Shown here piece by piece: positions 1-7,599 of a stretch of 37,449 bases of DNA (within the stretch, counting starts at the first letter, position 1; each line of letters opens with the position of its first letter). A program made the position numbers and the translations under genes. Origin of the DNA: Candidatus Limnocylindrales bacterium (lineage in GTDB: Bacteria; Chloroflexota; Limnocylindria; Limnocylindrales; CSP1-4); contig DATAFZ010000042.1 of the NCBI GenBank assembly GCA_036257225.1, forward strand, positions 1 through 37,449. Reading direction: 5' to 3'. The notes under the pieces were generated by a model. The model searched no databases. It had not been told where the DNA came from and worked only from the letters and a program-made list of their open reading frames with translations.

Positions 1-1191
1 GAGCGCCCGGAGCGCCCGGACGGTCGAGGCTCGCTCCTCGCCGAACCGAGCAGCGACACCCTCGATGTCGAGGTCGGGTTCGCCCGGCCATGGTCCGGGC
101 TCGGCCCACGTCCAGTGCGGTTCGGCGGCGGTCTCGAGGTCCCGGAGTCGACCCTGATGGACATCGATCTCGACGGCGACGAGGTGGCGGACGATCTGCT
201 CCGGCGTCCATTCGCCCGGTGGGACAGCGCCGGCCGTCTCCGCCCTGGCGGCGGCCGCAAGCCGATCCGGAAAGCCCGCGAGTGCGTCGAGCAGTGATGC
301 CCGCGACGTGGCGTCGCTCGTCGAGCCGCGGGCCAGCGTCTCGAGCTTGGCGACTCGCCAGCGCTCGGTCACTTCCACGGCGTTGAACAGATAGAGGTGG
401 AAGCCGCTGACCTTCGCATCGGCGTCGGCGATGGTCGGGGCGATCCCCTCCAGCAGCGCGTCAGGCCGGTAGAACCCGCCGGAGCGGACAAGCCGTGCCA
501 CGAACCGGACGTTCTTGGCCAGGAATCGATGCGTGTCGGCCACCCCGATCCGTGCCGCCAGCGCGAGCAGCTTCTGCGGCTCGGCGACACCCGGCACCCC
601 GACGTGGACCGGCAGCGTCAGCCCTTCCGCCCGGCGCGCGGCGATCCACGTGGCGATCGCCCCCGGGTCGAAGCACAGCTGGGTCGTCATGTACTGCGCG
701 AACTCGGCCTTCGCTCGGAGTGCATCGAGGAGGGGGCCGTCCGCGATGAACGCGTGACCCTGCGGGTAGGCGGGAATGCCGACATGGTTGAATGGATGAC
801 CGATCTCGGCCAACTCGCGCAATAGCGCGAGCCCATCGACATAGGCGCCCGGCTCCTTCTCGTCGCCGCCGACCACGAATGCCCGATCGATGCCGGCGTC
901 ATCGAGGGCCGCCACCAACGTTGTCAGGTGCGCACGATCGCGGACCATCCGCGCCGAGATGTGGGGGACGACCGTGAACCCGGCAAGGCGCAACCGGGCG
1001 GCGAGCTCCACGGTCGCTTCGAGCCCCTTGGTCGGCGACGCGGTCACGGACACGGTGGACCCGGCAGGGAGATACGCAGCCTGGTCCATCGCGTTCTTGA
1101 GTGGGATCAGTTCGAACGTCGGCGACCGCAGCAGGTCCCCCAGGGCCGTGCGGGCGTTCGGCGTCAGCCGGGCGTGACGGCGGAACAGCAC
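1..1191 (-). CDS. metF: 5,10-methylenetetrahydrofolate reductase (MetF-like) fused to a C-terminal DinB_2-like domain; 3' end runs off the window, and the ORF is absent from the supplied track
   Basis: Manual minus-strand translation from GTG at 1191..1189 gives VLFRRHARLTPNARTALGDLLRSPTFELIPLKNAMDQAAYLPAGSTVSVTASPTKG...FVVGGDEKEPGAY...GIPAYPQGH...TQLCFDPG...LPVHVGVPG, which reads as MetF-type. The frame stays open for all 397 codons down to position 1. The last ~100 aa (GEWTPEQIVRHLVAVEIDVHQGRLRDL...) look DinB/mycothiol-type. GAGG lies 8 nt upstream of the GTG. Confidence 0.7.
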   Translation of the reverse strand, partial: MLFRRHARLTPNARTALGDLLRSPTFELIPLKNAMDQAAYLPAGSTVSVTASPTKGLEATVELAARLRLAGFTVVPHISARMVRDRAHLTTLVAALDDAGIDRAFVVGGDEKEPGAYVDGLALLRELAEIGHPFNHVGIPAYPQGHAFIADGPLLDALRAKAEFAQYMTTQLCFDPGAIATWIAARRAEGLTLPVHVGVPGVAEPQKLLALAARIGVADTHRFLAKNVRFVARLVRSGGFYRPDALLEGIAPTIADADAKVSGFHLYLFNAVEVTERWRVAKLETLARGSTSDATSRASLLDALAGFPDRLAAAARAETAGAVPPGEWTPEQIVRHLVAVEIDVHQGRLRDLETAAEPHWTWAEPGPWPGEPDLDIEGVAARFGEERASTVRALRAL

Positions 1192-1194
1192 CGC

Positions 1195-2736
1195 TCAGAC
1201 CTCGGAGTCGGGCATCGACGCCTTACGGCGGATCATGAACTCCAGCAGGGCCTCATCGGTCGCCTGGTCCAGCGGCGGCGCCTCGTATTCGGCGAGCATC
1301 CGCTTCCAGATGGCGTTCGCGCGCTGGGCGGCATCCAGTCCGCCGTCCTCGCTCCACTGCTCGAAGGAATTGTTGTCGGCCACCTCGGAGCGATAGAACG
1401 CGGTCTCGAAGTTGGCCAGCGTGTGCGCCGTGCCGAGGAAGTGCTGGCCGGGACCGTTGGCCCGGATGGCATCGAGCGCCTGGCCGTTCTCGGACAGGTC
1501 GACGCCCTTCACGAACACCGCCATCATCCCGCACTGGTCGGCGTCGAGGATGAACTTCTCATAGCCGACCGACAGGCCGCCCTCCAGCCAGCCCGCGGCG
1601 TGCAACACGAAGTTGACGCCGCCGAGGACGGTCGGTTGGAGGGTGGCGGCGCTCTCGTAGGCAGCCTGCGCGTCGGGGATCTTGGACGCGCATAGCGAGC
1701 CGCCCGATCGGAACGGGACGCCCAGTCGCCGGGCGAGCGCCGCCATGATGTACAGGACGAGCGCCGGCTCCGGGGTACCGAACGTCGGCGCCCCCGACTG
1801 CATCGACATCGAGCTCGCGAAGCTGCCGAGCACGACCGGGGCGCCCGGCCGGACCAGCTGCACGAACGTCATGCCGGCGAGCGCCTCGGCGAGCGTCTGC
1901 GCGGCAACCCCCGCGGCGGTCACTGGGGCCATCGCCCCGGCCAGGATGAACGGTGTCAGCAGCGTGGCCTGGTTCGCCTCGGCGTACGCCCTTGCCGATC
2001 CGAGCATCGTCGCGTCCCAGACCAGCGGCGAGTTCGCGTTGATGAGCGACAGGATGACCGCGTGGTCGTCGAGGTAGTCGGCCCCGAACAGGATCCGCGC
2101 CATCTCCACGGTATCGCGCGCCCGCTCCGGCGCCGTCACCGAGCCCATGAACGGCTTGTCCGAGTAGCGCATGTGCGCGTAGACCATGTCGAGGTGGCGC
2201 TTGTTGACCGGGATGTCGACCGGCTCGCACACCGTCCCGCCGCTGTGATGGAGGTGCGGCGACAGGTAGGTGAGCTTCACGAGGTTCTGGAAGTCCTCGA
2301 TCGTGCCGTAGCGCCGGCCGCGGTCGAGGTCCCGTACGAACGGCGAGCCGTAGTTCGGCGCGAACACCGTGTGCATCCCGCCGATCTCGACGTTGTTCGC
2401 CTCGTTGCGTGCGTACTGCGTGAACTGGCGAGGCGCTGTCGCCTGGACGATCCGCCGACACATCCCACGCGGGAACCGGACGCGCTCGCCGTCGACGTCG
2501 GCACCTGCGTCGCGCAGCAGCCGGAGCGCGTCGGGATCACCGCGGAACTCGACGCCGACCTCCTCGAGGATGGTGTCAGCGTTGCGCTCGATGAGTGAGA
2601 GCCCCTCCTCGTCGAGCACTTCGAACGGCGCGAGGGTCCGGGTCAGGAACGGAGTGCGTTCCACGTGTGCGTGCAGCCTGGCGGCGCGACGACCCTCGCG
2701 GCCGCCGCTGCGACGCGTGGGGACGTTGTCGGTCAT
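1195..2736 (-). CDS. MttB-superfamily (non-pyrrolysine) quaternary-amine:corrinoid methyltransferase, probably glycine-betaine specific (MtgB-like)
   Basis: 513-aa ORF with no in-frame stop. Arg-rich N-terminus (RRSGGREGRRAARL) and body motifs (GGMHTVFAPNYGSPFVRDLD, LINANSPLVWD, FILAGAMAPVT, GAPTFGTPEPAL) are typical of the MttB family. ATGA stop/start overlap with the upstream activator gene. Confidence 0.88.
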   Translation of the reverse strand: MTDNVPTRRSGGREGRRAARLHAHVERTPFLTRTLAPFEVLDEEGLSLIERNADTILEEVGVEFRGDPDALRLLRDAGADVDGERVRFPRGMCRRIVQATAPRQFTQYARNEANNVEIGGMHTVFAPNYGSPFVRDLDRGRRYGTIEDFQNLVKLTYLSPHLHHSGGTVCEPVDIPVNKRHLDMVYAHMRYSDKPFMGSVTAPERARDTVEMARILFGADYLDDHAVILSLINANSPLVWDATMLGSARAYAEANQATLLTPFILAGAMAPVTAAGVAAQTLAEALAGMTFVQLVRPGAPVVLGSFASSMSMQSGAPTFGTPEPALVLYIMAALARRLGVPFRSGGSLCASKIPDAQAAYESAATLQPTVLGGVNFVLHAAGWLEGGLSVGYEKFILDADQCGMMAVFVKGVDLSENGQALDAIRANGPGQHFLGTAHTLANFETAFYRSEVADNNSFEQWSEDGGLDAAQRANAIWKRMLAEYEAPPLDQATDEALLEFMIRRKASMPDSEV

Positions 2737-4799
2737 CGCTCCCCTCCCGGAGCGCTCCGCACCACCGCCCGACGACGACGACGGTCACGCCCGTTCGTGG
2801 GGCGATCGGCCGTGAGCGGGCGAGGCGGCAGGTCAACGACCCGCTCGAGGTTCGGGCTCGGGGCGGTCCGGTGCGGGATCGCCATCGCTTCCACGAAGTG
2901 CTCCTGGAAGCGGGGCTCGACTGCCGTCTCGATCTTCTCGACCCGGCGGACGACGCCTTCGATCTCACGTCGGGCGGCGCTGGACAGCAGCGCGATCAGC
3001 GCCCCGGTGCCGGCGGCGTTGCCCGCCGCCCGGACCCGATCGAGGTCGCAGTCGGGCACGAGACCGAGGACCATCGCGTGGAGCGGGTCGATCTGGCTGC
3101 CGAACGCGCCGGCCAGCCGAACCTCGTCGACCGTGTCGATCCCAAGCTGATCCATCAGTAGCCGCGCACCGGCGTACAGCGCCGCCTTCGCGAGCTGGAT
3201 GGCACGCACGTCGTTCTGGGTGATGACGATCCGCGGCCCAGCCTCGATGGGATCGTGCAGCACGTAACTGAACGTCCGCCCGTCCTCAACGACACGCGGT
3301 GTTCGGTCGGCCACCGCGCCGTCGATCACACCGTCGGCTGTGACCACGCCGGCCAGGTAGAGCTCGGCGATCACCTCGATGATCCCCGAGCCACAGATGC
3401 CTGTGACGCCGGTGCCCTCGTTGGCCAGCGCGTCTGCGAAGTCCGGCGCATCGGACCAGGCATCGACCCCGATCACCCGGAACCGCGGTTCGAGCGTGGC
3501 GCGATCGATCCGCACCCGCTCGATCGCGCCGGGCGCAGCTCGCTGCCCGGAGCTGATCTGGGCGCCTTCGAACGCCGGGCCGGTCGGGCTGCTCGCGGCC
3601 AGCAGTCGATCGCGGTTGCCGAGCACGATCTCGGCGTTGGTGCCGACGTCGACGACCAGCGTCATCGCCTCGGCCTCGTGCGGCTCCTCGGCCAGGATCA
3701 CCCCGGCCGTGTCGGCGCCGACGTGGCCGGCGATGCACGGCAGCACGTAGACGCGAGCGCCCGGATGGGCGTAGACGCCGAGCTCGGCCGCCGTCGTCGA
3801 CACCGCCGTATCCGTCGCCAGGGCGAACGGCGCCGACCCGAGCGGGGTCGGGTCGATGCCCAGCAGCAGGTGATGCATGATCGGGTTCCCCACGATCGCG
3901 AGCTCGAGGATCTCGAGCCGCTTGACATCGGTCTTGTTGGCGAGCGCGGCGAGCAACCCGTCGAGCGCCTTGCGGACCGCCGTCGTGAGCTCGACGTCGC
4001 CGCCCTCGTGGAGCATCACGTACGAGACCCGGCTCATGAGGTCCTCGCCGAAGCGGATCTGCGGGTTCATCACCCCGGCGCTGGCGAGGATGTCGCCGGT
4101 GACCAGGTTCACCAGGTGACCGGCGATCGTGGTGGACCCGACGTCGATGGCGACCCCGAACGCCCGGTCGTGGAAGCCCGGCCAGACCGCGATCACGTCG
4201 CGACCGCCATGGACCGCCACCGTGACGCGATAGCCACCGTCGGTCAGGGCCGTCTGCAGCGAGCGGATGACCGAGAGGTCGGCGCGCAGGTCAACCAGGT
4301 CCCATTCGCGGCGAAGCGCATCGAACAGCCGGCCGAGGTCGCCGGTCGGCGTTGCGAGATCCGGCGGAACGACATCGACCGTATGGAGGCGCACGACGGG
4401 GTCCATCTCGAACGCCCGAGCCGCGAGGTCCTTGCGCACCACCTGGCGGTGGACCTGGCTTTCAGGCGGAACATCGATGACGGCGTCACCGAGCAGGACG
4501 GCCGTGCAGGACAGCCGCCGGTCGGCCGCCAGCCCCTGCTCCTCGCGATAGGCCATCTCGAGCTGGCCTGGCTCCGCGATGTGCCCCGGCGACGAGGTGA
4601 TCCCGTGTTTCGCGAACATCCCGAACGCCGGCGTGACGGTGCATCGACCGCAGATCCCTCGGCTGCCGCACACGGCATCGATGTCGACGCCGAGGGAGCG
4701 TGCTGCATCGAGCACGGTCGTGCCCGCCGCCACACGACCGCGTCGACCGGAGGGCGTGAAGATGACCTGCGGGTCGGTGGGAGCGGTCGACGGGGCCAT
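2733..4799 (-). CDS. Reductive activator of corrinoid enzymes (RACE): N-terminal plant-type [2Fe-2S] ferredoxin plus ASKHA/DUF4445 ATPase
   Basis: The N-terminus has CGSRGICGRC plus a later RLSCTAV cysteine, the 2Fe-2S pattern. The rest is a long ASKHA-like body (IDVGSTTIAGHL, VVDVGTNAEIVLG, GICGSGIIE). 688 aa. Confidence 0.85.
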   Translation of the reverse strand: MAPSTAPTDPQVIFTPSGRRGRVAAGTTVLDAARSLGVDIDAVCGSRGICGRCTVTPAFGMFAKHGITSSPGHIAEPGQLEMAYREEQGLAADRRLSCTAVLLGDAVIDVPPESQVHRQVVRKDLAARAFEMDPVVRLHTVDVVPPDLATPTGDLGRLFDALRREWDLVDLRADLSVIRSLQTALTDGGYRVTVAVHGGRDVIAVWPGFHDRAFGVAIDVGSTTIAGHLVNLVTGDILASAGVMNPQIRFGEDLMSRVSYVMLHEGGDVELTTAVRKALDGLLAALANKTDVKRLEILELAIVGNPIMHHLLLGIDPTPLGSAPFALATDTAVSTTAAELGVYAHPGARVYVLPCIAGHVGADTAGVILAEEPHEAEAMTLVVDVGTNAEIVLGNRDRLLAASSPTGPAFEGAQISSGQRAAPGAIERVRIDRATLEPRFRVIGVDAWSDAPDFADALANEGTGVTGICGSGIIEVIAELYLAGVVTADGVIDGAVADRTPRVVEDGRTFSYVLHDPIEAGPRIVITQNDVRAIQLAKAALYAGARLLMDQLGIDTVDEVRLAGAFGSQIDPLHAMVLGLVPDCDLDRVRAAGNAAGTGALIALLSSAARREIEGVVRRVEKIETAVEPRFQEHFVEAMAIPHRTAPSPNLERVVDLPPRPLTADRPTNGRDRRRRRAVVRSAPGGER

Positions 4800-4811
4800 C
4801 GGGGCCCGCCG

Positions 4812-5789
4812 TCAGCGGGAGGCCGGGACGTCGAGCCCCGGAACGTCGACGCCGGGGACGTCGGCCGAGAGCGCCGGGCCGGCGCCGTTCGAGGCGCCGC
4901 CTCGACGGCGGTTGACCCGCCGGCCACCGGCCTCGCCGGCTGGCGGCGCCACCCGGAACTGCCTGATCCATCGCGCGGCGTCCTGGTCGTTGCCCATCAA
5001 CACGTCGCTTGCCATGACTGCGTGGCGCACGCCTTCGGCGACCGGGTTGGTGATGGCCGACGTGAGCCCCGACGCGATCGCCATGCTGAGGTACGCGCCG
5101 TTGATGCCCTCCCGGTTCGGCAGGCCGAAGCTGACGTTAGACGCCCCGCAGGTCGAGTTGACCTTGAGCTCATCCCGCAGCCGTCCGAGGATGTGGAACA
5201 CCTGGCGGCCGGCGCCGGCCAGAGCCCCTATCGGCATCAACAGCGGGTCGACCACGATGTCTTCGCGCGGGATGCCGTGATCGGCGGCCCGCTCGACGAT
5301 CCGCTTGGCCACCTCGAATCGCACATCCGGATCCATCGAGATGCCGGTCTCGTCGTTGCTGATCGCGACGACCGCGCAGCCGTATTTCTTGACCAGCGGC
5401 AATACCCGCTCGAGACGCTCCTCCTCACCGGTCACGCTGTTGAGCAGCGGTTTGCCCTGGTAGACGGCGAGACCGGCCTCAAGCGCTTCCACGATCGACG
5501 AGTCGATCGACAGGGGCAGGTCGGTCAGCGACTGGACGAGTCTGATCGTCTGGGCAAGGATCGCGGGCTCGTCGGCCAGCGGGATGCCGGCGTTCACGTC
5601 GAGCATGTGGGCGCCGGCCTCGACCTGGGCGATCGTGTCCCGCTCGACGCGCGAGAAGTCGCCGGCCTTCATCTCCTCCATGAGGACCTTGCGGCCGGTC
5701 GGGTTGATCCGCTCACCGATGATCACGAACGGCTGGTCGTCGCCGATGACGACCTCGCGCGTTGCGGAGCTGACGACCGTGCGCGTCAT
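4812..5789 (-). CDS. Methyltetrahydrofolate:corrinoid methyltransferase (pterin-binding MeTr/MtgA-like)
   Basis: The track ORF 4812..5969 was trimmed to the ATG at 5789, which forms an ATGA overlap with the upstream gene. MTRTVVSSATREVVIGDDQPFVIIGERINPTGRK...MLDVNAG...NSVTGEEERL...CGASNVSFGLPNR is a pterin-binding barrel signature. Low-complexity C-terminal tail. Confidence 0.85.
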   Translation of the reverse strand: MTRTVVSSATREVVIGDDQPFVIIGERINPTGRKVLMEEMKAGDFSRVERDTIAQVEAGAHMLDVNAGIPLADEPAILAQTIRLVQSLTDLPLSIDSSIVEALEAGLAVYQGKPLLNSVTGEEERLERVLPLVKKYGCAVVAISNDETGISMDPDVRFEVAKRIVERAADHGIPREDIVVDPLLMPIGALAGAGRQVFHILGRLRDELKVNSTCGASNVSFGLPNREGINGAYLSMAIASGLTSAITNPVAEGVRHAVMASDVLMGNDQDAARWIRQFRVAPPAGEAGGRRVNRRRGGASNGAGPALSADVPGVDVPGLDVPASR

Positions 5790-6133
5790 GCGTCGGGCTT
5801 CCCCTGGGTCTCGTCGTGCGCCGGCGGGAGCGGCGGACCGCCATCCACGCCACCGGACTGGATCAGCATCGCCAGGCGGTGCTTGTCGTAATCGGCTTCG
5901 AGCCGCTCGGCCTCGGCGGCGACCTCCTGGTCGATGTCGTCGCCGCATCGCGTCTGCGTCCGGCGCCACTCCTCGATATAGGCGTTGTACGCGCGTTTCC
6001 CGGCACGGCTCGCGGCCTTGTCGATGGCGACCTGGAAGCGCGGGTGCAGGACGATCTTGCTCTGGCGGCGACCCTCACGGCCCGTCACCTGCGCCGGGAT
6101 GTCGCGCCACCAGATCACGGTCATCGTCCCCAC
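5786..6133 (-). CDS. Small conserved protein of unknown function (I recall this family as 'Virulence_fact'-like, found in MttB clusters)
   Basis: ORF beginning GTG 6133 or ATG 6124 (MTVIWWRDIPAQVTGREGRR...). GGGAGG lies upstream. Its stop overlaps the next start (ATGA). GC3-rich, with a non-Arg/Pro-biased composition. Confidence 0.6.
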   Translation of the reverse strand: MGTMTVIWWRDIPAQVTGREGRRQSKIVLHPRFQVAIDKAASRAGKRAYNAYIEEWRRTQTRCGDDIDQEVAAEAERLEADYDKHRLAMLIQSGGVDGGPPLPPAHDETQGKPDA

Positions 6134-6136
6134 CGG

Positions 6137-6799
6137 TTAGTGGCCTCCCACATCGATGACGGACGTGACGGTCGGAGCCGGGCGACCAGCGGCCACCGCG
6201 GCCATCGTTGTCGCGAGCTGGCCGTAGCCAGTCTTCCGCTGCTCGAACCGCAGCCCGAGGCGACGCGCGGCGCGCCGCGCCGCCGTGGCGAGAGCAGGAT
6301 CGTCGGTCTGAGCGAGGTAGACGAGTCGGCGGTAGTTGCCGAAGAACTGGTCTCGCAGCTCGGGATGACGGTCGAGGCCCAGTCCCTTGATGACGAGCCG
6401 GTCGAAGTTGCGCGCCAGGAAATCGGTCAGGAAGAAGGTCGCGGGCTCGTCGTCGACCATCCGGGCGAACTCCGGGCTCGTCGCATAGAACTCGTAGCAG
6501 TGGGCCCCGGCCAGGCGCTCGACGCCCTCGTCAGCGATGACCGGATCGAGCAGACCGCCGGTCCCGCAGTCGGCATACGCGACGAAGACGCGGTCGTAGC
6601 CGGCCCGTCGCCTACGGATGCGGTCGCGGACCGCGGCGGGGATACCGCCCGGCCGGTTGTGTAGCGTCGCCGGCAGGCAGCTGATGTCGACGTTCGGCAG
6701 GTCTTTGGTCAGGGCGACCAGCTCCCTCGCCAGCGCACCGCAGCCGACGACGAGAACGCGCGGAGCCTCGGCCCGAGGTCTACGCCGGGACGCTGGCAC
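6137..6799 (-). CDS. DUF1638 domain protein
   Basis: 220 aa, GTG start. RVLVVGCGALAREL...LPATLHNRP...VFVAYADCGTGG...CYEFY...FFLTDFLARNFD resembles the DUF1638 family that accompanies corrinoid methyltransferase genes. Confidence 0.7.
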   Translation of the reverse strand: MPASRRRPRAEAPRVLVVGCGALARELVALTKDLPNVDISCLPATLHNRPGGIPAAVRDRIRRRRAGYDRVFVAYADCGTGGLLDPVIADEGVERLAGAHCYEFYATSPEFARMVDDEPATFFLTDFLARNFDRLVIKGLGLDRHPELRDQFFGNYRRLVYLAQTDDPALATAARRAARRLGLRFEQRKTGYGQLATTMAAVAAGRPAPTVTSVIDVGGH

Positions 6800-7493
6800 G
6801 GGTCCTGGCGCGTCGCTCGTCGATCAATCGACGCGCCGTCTCAGCCGCCACACCGGCGTCCCGGCAGTAGGCATCTGCGCCGACCGCCATCCCGAATTCC
6901 TCGTTCAACGGCGCACCGCCCACCAGGACGATGTAGTCGTCCCGCATCTCGCGATCCTTGAGGGTCTGGATGACGACCTTCATGTACGGCATGGTGGTCG
7001 TGAGCAACGCCGACATGCCGAGGATGTCCGGCTTGTGCTCGGTGAGGGCATTGATGAACTTGTCGGCGTCGGTGTTGATCCCGAGGTCGACGACCTCGAA
7101 CCCGGCGCCCTCGAGCATCATCCCGACCAGGTTCTTGCCGATGTCGTGGATGTCGCCCTTGACGGTGCCGATGACGACCTTGCCGACCGGCTCCGCCCCG
7201 GTCTCCGCGAGCAGCGGGCGAAGGATCTCCATGCCGGCTTTCATCGCGTTCGCTGCCAGCAGCACCTCGGGCACGAACAGGATGCCGTCGCGGAAGTCGA
7301 TCCCGACGATCTTCATGCCGGCGACCAACGCGTCGTCGAGCACCTTGGTCGCCGAGAAGCCGCGATCGAGCAGGATCTTCGTCCCCTCGACGATCTCGTT
7401 CTTCATCCCGTCGTAGAGGTCGTTGTGCATCTGCTCGACCAGCTCGTCGTCCGACAGGCTGTTGAGGTCGATGTCCTGGTAGTCGTCGGTCAT
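6780..7493 (-). CDS. Corrinoid (cobalamin-binding) methyl-carrier protein
   Basis: B12-binding DxHxxG motif (GDIHDIGKN), MSALLTTT and LVGGAPL motifs, and an N-terminal helical cap. The ATG at 7493 (MTDDYQ...) has GGAG 9 nt upstream, so I prefer it. The track start 7538 and the ATG at 7520 are alternatives. Confidence 0.88.
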   Translation of the reverse strand: MTDDYQDIDLNSLSDDELVEQMHNDLYDGMKNEIVEGTKILLDRGFSATKVLDDALVAGMKIVGIDFRDGILFVPEVLLAANAMKAGMEILRPLLAETGAEPVGKVVIGTVKGDIHDIGKNLVGMMLEGAGFEVVDLGINTDADKFINALTEHKPDILGMSALLTTTMPYMKVVIQTLKDREMRDDYIVLVGGAPLNEEFGMAVGADAYCRDAGVAAETARRLIDERRARTRASVPA

Positions 7494-7528
7494 CGGGTTC
7501 GGCTCCGGAGGAAAGGCCATCGCTTGGG

Positions 7529-7547
7529 GGTTCCACATCGTGGAACC
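7529..7547. promoter_or_regulatory. Perfect 8-3-8 inverted repeat GGTTCCAC-atc-GTGGAACC, candidate IclR operator
   Basis: Read directly from the sequence. It lies between the divergent corrinoid operon and the IclR gene. A third half-site, TGGAACC, sits at 7559..7565. Confidence 0.4.
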
Positions 7548-7599
7548 GTGCCGTATGATGGAACCTGCAGGACTCCGAATCTAGAACACGAAGGTACCG

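Noticed and set aside
1189-1197. The MttB stop codon TGA (1195..1197) is in the same reading frame as the metF GTG (1189..1191), separated by one Ala codon. This could in principle mean stop-codon read-through, Sec/Pyl recoding, or an MttB-MetF fusion.
   Set aside because: A shared frame has a 1-in-3 chance. There is an SD (GAGG) correctly spaced for independent initiation. I saw no SECIS-like hairpin, and non-Pyl MttB proteins end at about this length.
3255-5891. Very long antisense or alternate-frame ORFs in the track: 3255..5891 + (878 aa), 6618..8366 +, 10616..12352 +, 13239..15404 -, 18210..19451 +, 26762..29050 -, 6841..7998 -, and many shorter ones.
   Set aside because: All overlap genes with clear family signatures on the other strand or frame. 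Their products are Arg/Pro/Gly/Asp-rich with no recognisable motifs. This is the expected stop-codon-poor artefact of ~70% GC DNA.
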